The notes: generated from the sequence alone by a model not told the origin. 64,000 nucleotides of DNA from Candidatus Pacearchaeota archaeon (GCA_038840695.1 JAWBVE010000004.1:774-64773), one strand, 5' to 3'. Shown: positions 19,690-28,651, counted from the first letter of the stretch. Numbers and translations: made by a program.

Positions 19690-20517
19690 ATGTATGAGCA
19701 AATAGGAAAAATAGTAATAATAAATGTGAAGGGAAAGCCTAAAATTAAAGAGCTTAAGGAGCTTAAGGCATTAGCAAAAAAGCTCTTGAGTGAGCATAGA
19801 CATATAGAGGCTATTTTTCTTAAGCAAGAAAAAGTTAAAGGAAGGCTAAGAAAAGCAAGCTATAAGCTACTTGCAGGAAAGCCTGTCTATGAAACTTTGT
19901 ATAGAGAAAATGGCTGCACTTTCAAGCTAAACATTAAAGATGTTTATTTCTCGTCGAGGTTAGCAAGCAATAGGCTATGGCTTGCTCAAAAGATAGTCGA
20001 ACTAGTAAAACAGAAAAAGAAGCAAAGGCCAAAAATTCTTGTGCAATTTGCAGGAATTGGTGTTTATGGAATTGTCATAGCAAGGCAACTTGCCCAGGCT
20101 GGCTTTGATTTTGATATGGTAATGATAGAGCTAAATAGAAAAGCTGTAAAGTATATGAAAGAGAACATATTGCTTAATCATTTTCCTAACATAGAATGCA
20201 TTCAGGGAGATGTGAAAAAAATATTACCAAAGCTTAACAAACTTAGCAAGCTCGGTATTGATAAATTTGATTTTATTGTTATGCCAAGACCAAAGCTTGA
20301 TTATGATTTTTTCAAGGAAGCATTTATTAATGCAAAAAAAGGAAGTATTGTTTTTTATTTTGATTTTGTTGATGAGGATGAAATTGCTAGAGAAAAGGAA
20401 AAGTTGGAAGAGAAAGCTAGAAAGCTTGGAAAAAAAATAAAATTTCTCGAGCTAAAAAAAGCAGGACAAATAGGCACTAGAAGATGGCGCATAGCAGCAG
20501 TTTTTGAAGTTTGCTAG
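19690..20517 (+). CDS. Trm5/TYW2 (Met-10+) family tRNA methyltransferase
   Basis: YEQIG.IV, V.G.LR, ET.Y.ENGC.FKL...VYFS.RL, FAGIG.Y, ELN..A. Confidence 0.85.
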   Translation: MYEQIGKIVIINVKGKPKIKELKELKALAKKLLSEHRHIEAIFLKQEKVKGRLRKASYKLLAGKPVYETLYRENGCTFKLNIKDVYFSSRLASNRLWLAQKIVELVKQKKKQRPKILVQFAGIGVYGIVIARQLAQAGFDFDMVMIELNRKAVKYMKENILLNHFPNIECIQGDVKKILPKLNKLSKLGIDKFDFIVMPRPKLDYDFFKEAFINAKKGSIVFYFDFVDEDEIAREKEKLEEKARKLGKKIKFLELKKAGQIGTRRWRIAAVFEVC

Positions 20518-21756
20518 TCACTCAGCTTCATAATTAATTATTCTTACATTTTCTCGCGGCACACCTCTAATAACTATTGTCATATCGTCAAACTCAACTA
20601 CTATCTCCTCTTCCTCTCCCTCTTCCTCCTTGCTCTTGCTTTCCTCTTTTCTAGTTTTGATTATCCTTTTTTCGCTTTTACTTCCCCCACTTTCGCTTCT
20701 CCCACTTTTGCTTTTACTTTCATAACTTCTTTTATCGCCCTCATTTCCAACCTCATTTCCATAGCTCTTACTTTCTTCTTTCCTTTCTTCTTCTCTCGCT
20801 TTTCTAGCTGTTTCCAAATCTTTAGTAGTTTGCATGGTTTGCGTTTGTGTGATGGTTTGCGTGATCTGAGTAGATGAAATAGTTGATGTTGGATATTCAA
20901 AATTTTCAAAATCTTTTCCATAAATTAGCTTTACTTTTTCTTCAAGCGTTGCTTCTCTGCCTAATTTGCATTTTTCGGGCAAAAAGATCAATTGACCTAC
21001 TCTCAAGACATCAATGCTTCTCTCTACTTGTGGATTTAATTCATCAACTTCCGGGCCACAAATTCTTATAAGCTTTCTAAGAGAGTCGCCATACTTTGCA
21101 TTATATACTTTTGCTCTCGAGAAAGCATCATAATCAGTGGCATCATAATCAGTGCCTTTATTTTCTTTGCTTTTTTCAATTTTATAACAGGCATTTATTG
21201 TCTCAAAAACATTTTCAATATATTGCCTAACTATGGGCATTCTATTCCATCTTCCAACTTTATCTTCGCCGGCAACATAAGCAACTAAGGCATTTTCAAG
21301 GCTGCCATACTTTTCCATGCCCTCTTTTATTTCAGCAGCCCCAGCAATAACGCTAAAAGGTGAAAACCTCCAATCTTCAAAGCCATTTATTTCAAGCCCA
21401 TACTTTCTTGCGGTGAATTTCATAAGCTGCACAGGCCCGGCAGCTCCTTTGCTTGAGTAAGCATTTGGATTTCCTTTTGATTCAATAGCAATCAAGCCAG
21501 CCAATATGCAATAATCAAGTCCAAACATTTTTGCTGCTAGCTCAACAATCCCTCGATAGCTGTCAATATTTTTTAAATATCTTGCATAGTCATCATCACA
21601 GCTTTTCTTCTTGCAGTAGCTCATTACTTCACGCAAGGCAATAGGAACTAAAGAGCCATCTTGTGCTTTCGCATTGATAGGCATAAAGCTTAGTGTAAAT
21701 GGCAACGCAATTGGCAGCAAGGAAATATATTTTTTTACTTTTTCTAAAGCCCCCAT
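20518..21756 (-). CDS. Secreted lytic transglycosylase (SLT domain) + LysM domain + charged tail
   Basis: Signal peptide ending AKA|Q; catalytic IESKGNPNA.S.KGAAGPVQL, ALVAY.AG; LysM-like Y.AKYGDSL....LNP......LRVGQLIFLP. Confidence 0.9.
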   Translation of the reverse strand: MGALEKVKKYISLLPIALPFTLSFMPINAKAQDGSLVPIALREVMSYCKKKSCDDDYARYLKNIDSYRGIVELAAKMFGLDYCILAGLIAIESKGNPNAYSSKGAAGPVQLMKFTARKYGLEINGFEDWRFSPFSVIAGAAEIKEGMEKYGSLENALVAYVAGEDKVGRWNRMPIVRQYIENVFETINACYKIEKSKENKGTDYDATDYDAFSRAKVYNAKYGDSLRKLIRICGPEVDELNPQVERSIDVLRVGQLIFLPEKCKLGREATLEEKVKLIYGKDFENFEYPTSTISSTQITQTITQTQTMQTTKDLETARKAREEERKEESKSYGNEVGNEGDKRSYESKSKSGRSESGGSKSEKRIIKTRKEESKSKEEEGEEEEIVVEFDDMTIVIRGVPRENVRIINYEAE

Positions 21757-21813
21757 TTTAGCCTCATTTTAGCTTCATTTTTAGTGTCACTATTTTACAA
21801 TTAATAATAAAAT

Positions 21814-21828
21814 CGAAAGGTTTAAAAA
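21814..21828 (+). promoter_or_regulatory. Putative archaeal BRE-TATA promoter for the M23 gene (leaderless)
   Basis: CGAAAGG followed by TTTAAAAA, ending 21 nt before ATG 21850 in the divergent intergenic region. Confidence 0.5.
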
Positions 21829-21849
21829 TTTTTTTTATTAATTTTTTCC

Positions 21850-22656
21850 ATGACTTTTATTAAAGCTATACTGCTTGCATCCGCTATTATAATCGGCCAA
21901 CAAGGCCAAGGCCAACAAGGGAAAACTTCATTAGAAAGTGAACTAGAAAAAATAGCTGCAATTTATTCTAGTTGTAGCTATGGCAACTATGAGAGCTGCA
22001 TTAAGGCATTTAGCATGTTACAAAAGCTGAGAAATGATGGCGATAGTTATGGAGTAAGGGCAATAAGAAAGAATAAGCGAGCTCTCGAGAAAAGCTTGAG
22101 TGAAATAATTAATAGGATTGATGAGGAAATTGCCGAGAGAGGATATGAATTTGATTCTAAGCTATTCTTCCCATTAAAAAATGTAAAATTAAGCGATATA
22201 GGCCTTGGTGGGTTTGTGGCTAGAAACTATGATTGGCTTGAAGGAAGTTTTTATAAGGGCCATCCAGCCTATGATATTTTTGTTTATGATAGGAATAGAG
22301 ATAGCTTAGATGATAGAACAAAAAAGCCAATAAAGATTTTTGCAGCGGCTGATGGCATTATTGTTTCTGTGTTTGATGAATGGGAAAAAAGTGGCAAAGG
22401 CAATGGAGGAAATTATATTTATCTTTATAACAGCAAACTGAAATATTTCTTTTACTATGCACACTTAGGCAAGATTTTTGTAAAGGAAGGTGATTTCGTG
22501 AGAGGAGGAGATGTTATTGCATATCTTGGCAGAACAGGGCGAGCAGCTGAGAGGCCTACTCATTTGCACTTTGCAATTTATTATTTTGATAAAGCCAAGA
22601 AAAATTTAGTTCCGGTTGATTGGATAAAGGAAAGATTATTTGATCTCCATTTGTAA
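21850..22656 (+). CDS. M23 family zinc metallopeptidase (peptidoglycan endopeptidase-like)
   Basis: HPAYD (HxxxD), IFAAADG.I, GGNYI, YYAHL, V..GD.V..G..I..LG.TG, THLHF (HxH); short hydrophobic N-terminus. Confidence 0.92.
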   Translation: MTFIKAILLASAIIIGQQGQGQQGKTSLESELEKIAAIYSSCSYGNYESCIKAFSMLQKLRNDGDSYGVRAIRKNKRALEKSLSEIINRIDEEIAERGYEFDSKLFFPLKNVKLSDIGLGGFVARNYDWLEGSFYKGHPAYDIFVYDRNRDSLDDRTKKPIKIFAAADGIIVSVFDEWEKSGKGNGGNYIYLYNSKLKYFFYYAHLGKIFVKEGDFVRGGDVIAYLGRTGRAAERPTHLHFAIYYFDKAKKNLVPVDWIKERLFDLHL

Positions 22657-22685
22657 TATTGCTTATAAATTGCTAAATTGCCTAA

Positions 22686-23993
22686 TTATTCTCTCTTTTC
22701 AACTTTCACAGCTGTCGGAGCTTCGCCACCATGCCAAGTAAATCGTGGTCTAATCCTGATGCTATATATTCTTTCACTGTTATCATCAAGAACAAGAGCA
22801 GAGCCTTTGTAGCGAGGCAAGTCATTCATATAGGCAATTATATCTTCAGCAAGATAAGTTTGCATTATCTCACTAAGTGCATCTAGGTCAGGCTTTGCAG
22901 TAAGTCTATGACTTATAATTATGTCAGCCTGTGTGATTGCATCAGTATGCAATTTTCCTGGCTGTTGTGTTGCAAAAACCATGCTTATGCCAGGCTGCCT
23001 TCCTTCTCGCAGGAGCTGTATCAATGCATCACTTGCAGCCGTCTTGCCTTCTTTAGGCAAAAACTCATGCATCTCGTCAATGAAAATCCAGACAAGTGGC
23101 AGTTCTCGCTTTTTGAAAGCTAAATACTCTATCCCTCTTCGCACAGCTTCAACTTCTTCAAGCTTTCTTGCAAGCATTCGTTCATTAAAAAGTTTTTTGC
23201 ATAGAAGGCCTATTACAAGAGCCCTAACATTATAAACCCCAACACTGCTATACATGCTTAAATCAAGTACAGTAGTTGTTCCTGCCTCGAGTAGCTCGCG
23301 AGTTGTTGTTGCTTTTTCAGCCTTACTTGCAAATATGCCCCAAGCCTTGGCAGCATTAAAAAGATTTATTGCAGCAAGTTTATACCTGTCCTCTACTTCT
23401 TTATCAGCTTTTATTTCTTCTATTATGTCATCAATATCATAGTTACTTCTTGTTTTTTTTAGCTTTATTACGGCCTTTTGTATTGCTATGCCGACGGGAT
23501 GTGTAAAGCCTAAATTAAAAGTTATGAGCCAATCTTCGTGGCTAACATCAGGAACACTAAGCGCAAATGGCAATATTTTGCCAATACCTCTTTTCACAAA
23601 TTCATCATAATAGGCATAGGGCACAAAAACTCTGACAGGCAAATTTTTTGGCTTTAGATTCCACTGTCTTAACAAATCGATCTCTTTATCATTTCTATAA
23701 GCCATACTCCAATAAATTCCCATCGTATCAAAAATGAGCGGCGCAATATTTTCCTTAACTTCTGGCGGCATATCTGTTATGCCTTCAGCAATAACGCCAA
23801 GAGAATAAGACTTGCCACTTCCACGCTTACCGCAAACCATGATAACATGATTTCTTGCAATGTCAAGTAGCACTGGATTGCTCAAATTAACAAGATGCTC
23901 CATCCTAACCCAAAGCCTGCCTATAGGAATTAATCCCTTATCTCCAAATTTCTTTGTGTCTTCCTCACTTCTACCAATCCATATGTCCGGCAT
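22686..23993 (-). CDS. HerA/FtsK-like (DUF87) ATPase
   Basis: H..VCGKRGSGKS (Walker A), IFDTMG, IFIDEMHEF (Walker B), REGRQPG, ATQQP. Confidence 0.9.
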   Translation of the reverse strand: MPDIWIGRSEEDTKKFGDKGLIPIGRLWVRMEHLVNLSNPVLLDIARNHVIMVCGKRGSGKSYSLGVIAEGITDMPPEVKENIAPLIFDTMGIYWSMAYRNDKEIDLLRQWNLKPKNLPVRVFVPYAYYDEFVKRGIGKILPFALSVPDVSHEDWLITFNLGFTHPVGIAIQKAVIKLKKTRSNYDIDDIIEEIKADKEVEDRYKLAAINLFNAAKAWGIFASKAEKATTTRELLEAGTTTVLDLSMYSSVGVYNVRALVIGLLCKKLFNERMLARKLEEVEAVRRGIEYLAFKKRELPLVWIFIDEMHEFLPKEGKTAASDALIQLLREGRQPGISMVFATQQPGKLHTDAITQADIIISHRLTAKPDLDALSEIMQTYLAEDIIAYMNDLPRYKGSALVLDDNSERIYSIRIRPRFTWHGGEAPTAVKVEKRE

Positions 23994-24184
23994 TTTACAT
24001 CTAACCTCTTTTTTCTTAATATATTTGCTTGTTAATATTTTTATTTCTTTGCTTTTTTTGATTCTGTTAACTTAACATATCGCGAGGGAATAAGGAGTCA
24101 GAACTGAGGATTTTCCAAAGCTGTCAAACTCTTAGCAAATTCAAGCCTGAAGCAGCATTGGCTTCACTTTGCCTTCACTTTGCT

Positions 24185-24778
24185 CTAGCTTCCCTCTTTC
24201 TTTTTCGATTTTAATATTTTATTTATCAAAAATCCGACGAGATAGCCAATAAAAGCGCCAAAGGCAACATCACTAAAATAATGATAGCCCCAATAAACTC
24301 TTGAAAAGGCAACTAACAAGCTTAGCAAAAGCCAAACAATCAAAGCAAGCCCCTCGAAGAAAGCAAGTAGCGAGAAGAGGGCATTGGTATGATTGCTTGG
24401 AAAAGAGCTGCTAAGATAAAAGCCTTCAGTAGGCCTTGCTCTTCCAATGATAGCTTTTAACAAAAAACCAAGCAAAACAGCTATAACCAAAGCACTTGCC
24501 TCTTTCTTTAGGTTTGACTTATAAATCCTGTTAAAGAAAACCCCGGCGAGGAAAATTAAAAGTGCTAGGCTGATATAGCTGTAAGCCCCAGCAAGCGGCG
24601 CAAGCAGGCTATCAAGAAATTGACTTCTCGGGATTTTTATTTTATCGAGCCAAATAAACGAGATAAAAATAAAAGAAACAAGAAAAGCAAATATTAAAGG
24701 TATTTTAAAAACTTTTTTTCCTTTTTCTCTTAGCTCTTGTCTTTCAAGTCTTTCAACCTCTTTTTTCGTTTTTTTCAT
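24185..24778 (-). CDS. PAP2 family membrane phosphatase
   Basis: K.IIGRARP, SFPSNH, SRVYWGYHYFSDV; several TM segments. Confidence 0.92.
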   Translation of the reverse strand: MKKTKKEVERLERQELREKGKKVFKIPLIFAFLVSFIFISFIWLDKIKIPRSQFLDSLLAPLAGAYSYISLALLIFLAGVFFNRIYKSNLKKEASALVIAVLLGFLLKAIIGRARPTEGFYLSSSFPSNHTNALFSLLAFFEGLALIVWLLLSLLVAFSRVYWGYHYFSDVAFGAFIGYLVGFLINKILKSKKKEGS

Positions 24779-24937
24779 TTTTCTTTTTTCATTAATTTAA
24801 AATCCTTTTATTAAAAAATTTATCTTAATTTGTTGCATAGCTAATAGAATAAAATTAATAGAAAAGTTAAAATGGGATAAAAATTATGGGATTAAGGAAA
24901 GAAAAAAATTAGAAATAAAATCAAACTAAAACCAAAG

Positions 24938-25573
24938 ATGGCATGCAAGAATTGTAAGGAGAGGACGGTTTATGTTGATATAAGTGGTAAGCCTCTTTGT
25001 GCGAGCCATTTTAGACAGCTTTATGAAAAAAAGATCTTAAAAACTATAAGAAAATTTAGGCTGATAGAAAAAGGAGACAAGTTGCTAATGCCTGTCGATA
25101 TTAATTATTGTAGTTTAGCTCTTTTACATTTTCTAGAAAAGTATTGCGCGCAGAGGCGCATAGAGTTGCAAATTAAAAGAGGCAAAGGAGCAAGCTTAAG
25201 TGGCTTTACTAAATTAGTAAGAGCTGATTGCCTCGATAAGATAGCAGGAATGATAATTGAAAACTTTTTGCAAAAAAGCCCTAATTGGGATGGATGTTTT
25301 CCAAAAAATAAAATTAAAAGCAAAAATGGAAAAAAGCGTGGAAAAGAGCTTATAGAAATAAGGCCACTCTATTTTATAAGTGAGAAAGAGAGTGAGCTCT
25401 ATTGTAAACTAAATAAAATAAAAGTAAATAAAATAAAAGGTAAAATAAAAGGCGAGAAAGCACAAAATAAATTTGCTAATTTACTTGCAGAGGTCGAAGC
25501 TAAACATCGTGGCACAATGAATGCGATTGTGAACACTTTCTTGAAAATATCTGGTTTTTTATCTGCAAAATGA
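24938..25573 (+). CDS. Degenerate TtuA/Ncs6/Ctu-like protein lacking the PP-loop
   Basis: N-terminal CxxC..C..H, TIRKF.LI.KGD, IRPLY...E.E...Y; SGGKDS replaced by PVDINYCS. Confidence 0.75.
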   Translation: MACKNCKERTVYVDISGKPLCASHFRQLYEKKILKTIRKFRLIEKGDKLLMPVDINYCSLALLHFLEKYCAQRRIELQIKRGKGASLSGFTKLVRADCLDKIAGMIIENFLQKSPNWDGCFPKNKIKSKNGKKRGKELIEIRPLYFISEKESELYCKLNKIKVNKIKGKIKGEKAQNKFANLLAEVEAKHRGTMNAIVNTFLKISGFLSAK

Positions 25574-25647
25574 TAAAAATGATAAATTTAAAAACGCTAA
25601 ATAATTAAAGAATACATAGAATTGGAAATAATTGAAAATGAAAAAAT

Positions 25648-27099
25648 ATGAAAATAATTAAAAAATATAAAAATCAAATGAGCCGAAAAAACAAACTGCT
25701 ATTGCTTTCAGCAATTATTGGGTTAATCCTAGCTGTATCAGTGATTGCAATTATCTTTTCATTTCGCCATCCAGCAGCAATAGCAGAAAAGACTAGAATA
25801 AAGGCTGAATATGCTATTTATGCTGATGGCAAGCTCTATGAGACAGAGCAAATAAGTTTTTATGAAGGCGAGCTCTCTCGGAAGCTTGGGCTTGCGAGTG
25901 ATAAACTTGATCAAGTGCTTGATCAAATGCTAGTTAATAAAAGTGACGAAGGGGATAAAGAATTTAATATAAGCTTAAGCCCTGAAGAGGCTTATGGAAG
26001 CTATGATGAAAGTTTGAGGAGAGTTGTTGATAGAACAATAAAGCAAAGCCGATTTAATGAGATAGAGCTTAGCGGCACTATCACAAAAGATCAATTTATT
26101 CAGGCTTTTGGCCAAGAGCCTCTTGTAAATCAAAGCTATGTCACAGCAGGCCTTATTTTTCCTATAAAAGTTATTTCTGTAAGCGATGTGGTTAAATTTG
26201 AGCTTGATGTTAAGCCAGGCGATGTTTCTAGAAAGGATCAATTTGGTTTTTGGCTTGAAGTTGTTGAAATCAATAGGGCCAATAACAGCGTTAAGTTAAA
26301 ATTGAGTGGAAATGCAACACAGATTCCAAGCCAATTTGGTTTAATCGATGTAAGTTTTGATAGCGAGAATGTTTATTATAAACTAAACCCTATAATTGGC
26401 GAAGAACTAATGTGGCAAAATGAAGAAGGTATAGTAGTTAGTTTCAATGAAACTTCAATTGTGCTTGATAGAAATCACCCTCTTGCAGGCAAACCAATCA
26501 TTGTAAACATAAAAATTCTAAGCAAAGAGGCTATGAAGGCAGTGGCAGGAGCAGTAATGGATGTTTTCATAATGAGTTATTGTCCTTATGGCTTGCAGAT
26601 TGTTAAAGGATTGCTGCCAGTATGGAAAGCATTTGAGGATAAAGCCAATATTACTGTTAGATTTGTTAGTTATACCATGCATGGCCAAAAAGAAGCTGAT
26701 GAAAATGCAAGGATGGCCTGTATAAGAGAGGAGCAAAGCAATAAATATATGGATTATCTTGAATGTTTTGTAGAGAGTGGAAATGCCCAGGAATGTTTAG
26801 AAAAAGTTGGCATAGATAAAGCAAAGTTAAATAGCTGCATTACAGAGCGAGCTAAAAGCTATTTAGCCTATGATGCTGAACTTAATGAAAGATATGGCGT
26901 TAAAGGAAGCCCGACTGTTGTGATAAACGGCGAGCAAGTAGAAATTTGGCCAAGAAGTCCAGCCAACATAGCAAGCAAGCTTTGCGAGTATTTCAGTGAA
27001 AAGCCACAGGAGTGCAGCATGTCTTTCAGCAAAGAAAACCCAAGCCCTGGCTTTGGTTCAAAACAGACAAGTAGCAGTGGAGGAAGCTGTGGTGGCTAA
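25648..27099 (+). CDS. Membrane-anchored FKBP/SlyD-like PPIase fused to a thioredoxin/GILT-like domain
   Basis: N-terminal TM; LSPEEAYG..D and LD.NHPLAGK (FKBP/SlyD); FIMSYCPYG, MHGQKE..EN....C, GV.GSPT.VING. Confidence 0.8.
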   Translation: MKIIKKYKNQMSRKNKLLLLSAIIGLILAVSVIAIIFSFRHPAAIAEKTRIKAEYAIYADGKLYETEQISFYEGELSRKLGLASDKLDQVLDQMLVNKSDEGDKEFNISLSPEEAYGSYDESLRRVVDRTIKQSRFNEIELSGTITKDQFIQAFGQEPLVNQSYVTAGLIFPIKVISVSDVVKFELDVKPGDVSRKDQFGFWLEVVEINRANNSVKLKLSGNATQIPSQFGLIDVSFDSENVYYKLNPIIGEELMWQNEEGIVVSFNETSIVLDRNHPLAGKPIIVNIKILSKEAMKAVAGAVMDVFIMSYCPYGLQIVKGLLPVWKAFEDKANITVRFVSYTMHGQKEADENARMACIREEQSNKYMDYLECFVESGNAQECLEKVGIDKAKLNSCITERAKSYLAYDAELNERYGVKGSPTVVINGEQVEIWPRSPANIASKLCEYFSEKPQECSMSFSKENPSPGFGSKQTSSSGGSCGG

Positions 27100-27177
27100 G
27101 AGATGATTAAGAGAATTTAAGCTGGCCTTTAAGCTGGCCTAAATTTTGATAATATTTTGATAATAGTTCAGACATTA

Positions 27178-27627
27178 TTATTTTGCCCTTATAAAATTTT
27201 CAATTGCTTTCATAAAATTTTCAAACTTATTTTGAACTTCACTAAACTTTGTCATGTCAAGAGTGATTACTTCATTATTAACAAAAATCTTCATTGTTAG
27301 GCCTTTCCTAAATTCGCTTTCAGTAACTTTTTTGTACTTATCTATATTCCTCATTGTTTCATAAAAGCCTAAGAAGTCAATAATTGCCTTTTCTTTCTTG
27401 AAAATTTTTTTTGCTAGCTCAAGTTGCTCAAGAGGCGTTTTTGGCACAACTTTAATGAGCTTTTTCTTTTTAGCATGCTCGAGTGCTATTTGTAAGCTAA
27501 GTGCAACGACTTCAACCATTTTCTTAATCACACTTACCATCAACTCGCCAGTTTTTGTGTATTTTAAGCTTGTGTAAAATAAATGCTGTTCCTCTCGCTT
27601 TTCTCGCTCAAGTTTTTTCAATGGCAT
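27178..27627 (-). CDS. Hypothetical protein
   Basis: 149-aa ORF with typical composition; HL.Y.SLKYT motif. Confidence 0.7.
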   Translation of the reverse strand: MPLKKLEREKREEQHLFYTSLKYTKTGELMVSVIKKMVEVVALSLQIALEHAKKKKLIKVVPKTPLEQLELAKKIFKKEKAIIDFLGFYETMRNIDKYKKVTESEFRKGLTMKIFVNNEVITLDMTKFSEVQNKFENFMKAIENFIRAK

Positions 27628-27671
27628 TTTTTATTCTTTCTTTTTTACTTTTTATTTTTATTCTTTTATTT

Positions 27672-28166
27672 TTACGCTTTACTTTTTATTTTTTCTAAGT
27701 ATCTTGCCATAATTAAATCTTTTCTTAGCCTTTCTTCAATTTTTGCATAAAGCTCTTGAAGTTTTGAAAATTCCTGCTTTGCATCATCTATACTAAAAGC
27801 AATAAAATTTCCATTTTCTTTCATTGCAACATAGCTATTTTGTTTTAAAAAATTTACACTTGAATTTTGAATAAGCTCAGCTTTTGAAATGCAATGCTCA
27901 ATAAATTCTATCTCACTAATGTTAAGATAGCGCTTTGCTATTTTTTTAAATCCATCCAAGCTAAAGCCCTTAACATTTATTCTTTTATAAGCTTGTTCAT
28001 ATAAAAGCAAGGCTTCAGCCAAGTTTTTTGTTGCTTTTCCAATATCAAGAAAAATTTTCTCTAAAATTTTTTTATCTTTAAGTCTTGGGTAGAGCATATG
28101 GATGAAATAATTAATGCTCCTCAGCGATTCTTTTCCTGTTAAAAATATTTTGGCTATTTCTTCCAT
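27672..28166 (-). CDS. Hypothetical protein
   Basis: 164-aa ORF co-oriented with neighbours; TATA-like element upstream. Confidence 0.7.
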   Translation of the reverse strand: MEEIAKIFLTGKESLRSINYFIHMLYPRLKDKKILEKIFLDIGKATKNLAEALLLYEQAYKRINVKGFSLDGFKKIAKRYLNISEIEFIEHCISKAELIQNSSVNFLKQNSYVAMKENGNFIAFSIDDAKQEFSKLQELYAKIEERLRKDLIMARYLEKIKSKA

Positions 28167-28221
28167 GATAAATAAAGCCTTGTGACTATAAAAATATTTT
28201 TAGCCAAAAATTAGCAAAAAT

Positions 28222-28377
28222 TTATCCAAAAATATTTAGCAAAAGCTCGAGAATAATGAATATGATAATGATTAAGATCAGCAAGGTTGGTTTTATTTCT
28301 ATCCTGCTTTTATATTCTTCAAAATATCTTGTGAGCCCGCCAAAGCTCGGTGGCAACATAACTTTTTCTTCTGCCAT
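28222..28377 (-). CDS. secG: Preprotein translocase subunit Sec61beta
   Basis: MLPPSFGGLTRYFEEYKS.I.I.P plus a single C-terminal TM; start moved to 28377 because the longer ORF overlaps the RNase P RNA. Confidence 0.9.
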   Translation of the reverse strand: MAEEKVMLPPSFGGLTRYFEEYKSRIEIKPTLLILIIIIFIILELLLNIFG

Positions 28378-28407
28378 CTTTTGCTTATGAATTTTGTAAG
28401 CAGGATA

Positions 28408-28651
28408 TAAGCAGGAGGTAGGCCTCCTTTTGTTGCTCAGCATTAAGCAATGAGCAACCTAGCATCCTACTAAGCGGCTGTGCCTTTCACTCTTGGGTTG
28501 GCCGTTTCATCCCAGCGCCATGCGCATGGGTCTCGTTTCTGTGCCAGAGCCATGCTTTTCAGCATATGCCTTTAAGCATCAAGAGCTTGCAAAGGCAAGC
28601 TGAAGTGGGAGGACCTTCCTCACTATGCAGCGAGAGCTAGGCTCCTGCTTA
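28408..28651 (-). ncRNA. rnpB: RNase P RNA (compact, about 244 nt)
   Basis: Terminal P1 UAAGCAGGAG/CUCCUGCUUA; P2 CCUAGC/GCUAGG; conserved regions GAGGAAGGUCCUCC, ACAGAAA, AUGAAACG, CCGCUUAG and ACAAAAGGAGGCCUA; GC-rich island. Confidence 0.92.

Noticed and set aside
20518..22656. Prophage lysis cassette or bacterial contamination as the source of SLT/M23
   Set aside because: No viral structural, holin or integrase genes nearby; flanks are archaeal, the SLT stop abuts the Trm5-like stop, and sequence style matches the rest (read-level check still advisable)
22686..23993. HerA as part of a NurA repair operon or an anti-phage system
   Set aside because: No nurA/mre11/rad50, Sir2 or nuclease partner adjacent
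24075..24165. Possible C/D-box sRNA (CTGA/TTGA boxes, mildly GC-rich intergenic stretch)
   Set aside because: No convincing RUGAUGA C box and no target identifiable without a search
28378..28443. N-terminal extension of Sec61beta in the ORF track
   Set aside because: Overlaps the 3' end of the RNase P RNA; ATG 28377 gives a normal-sized protein
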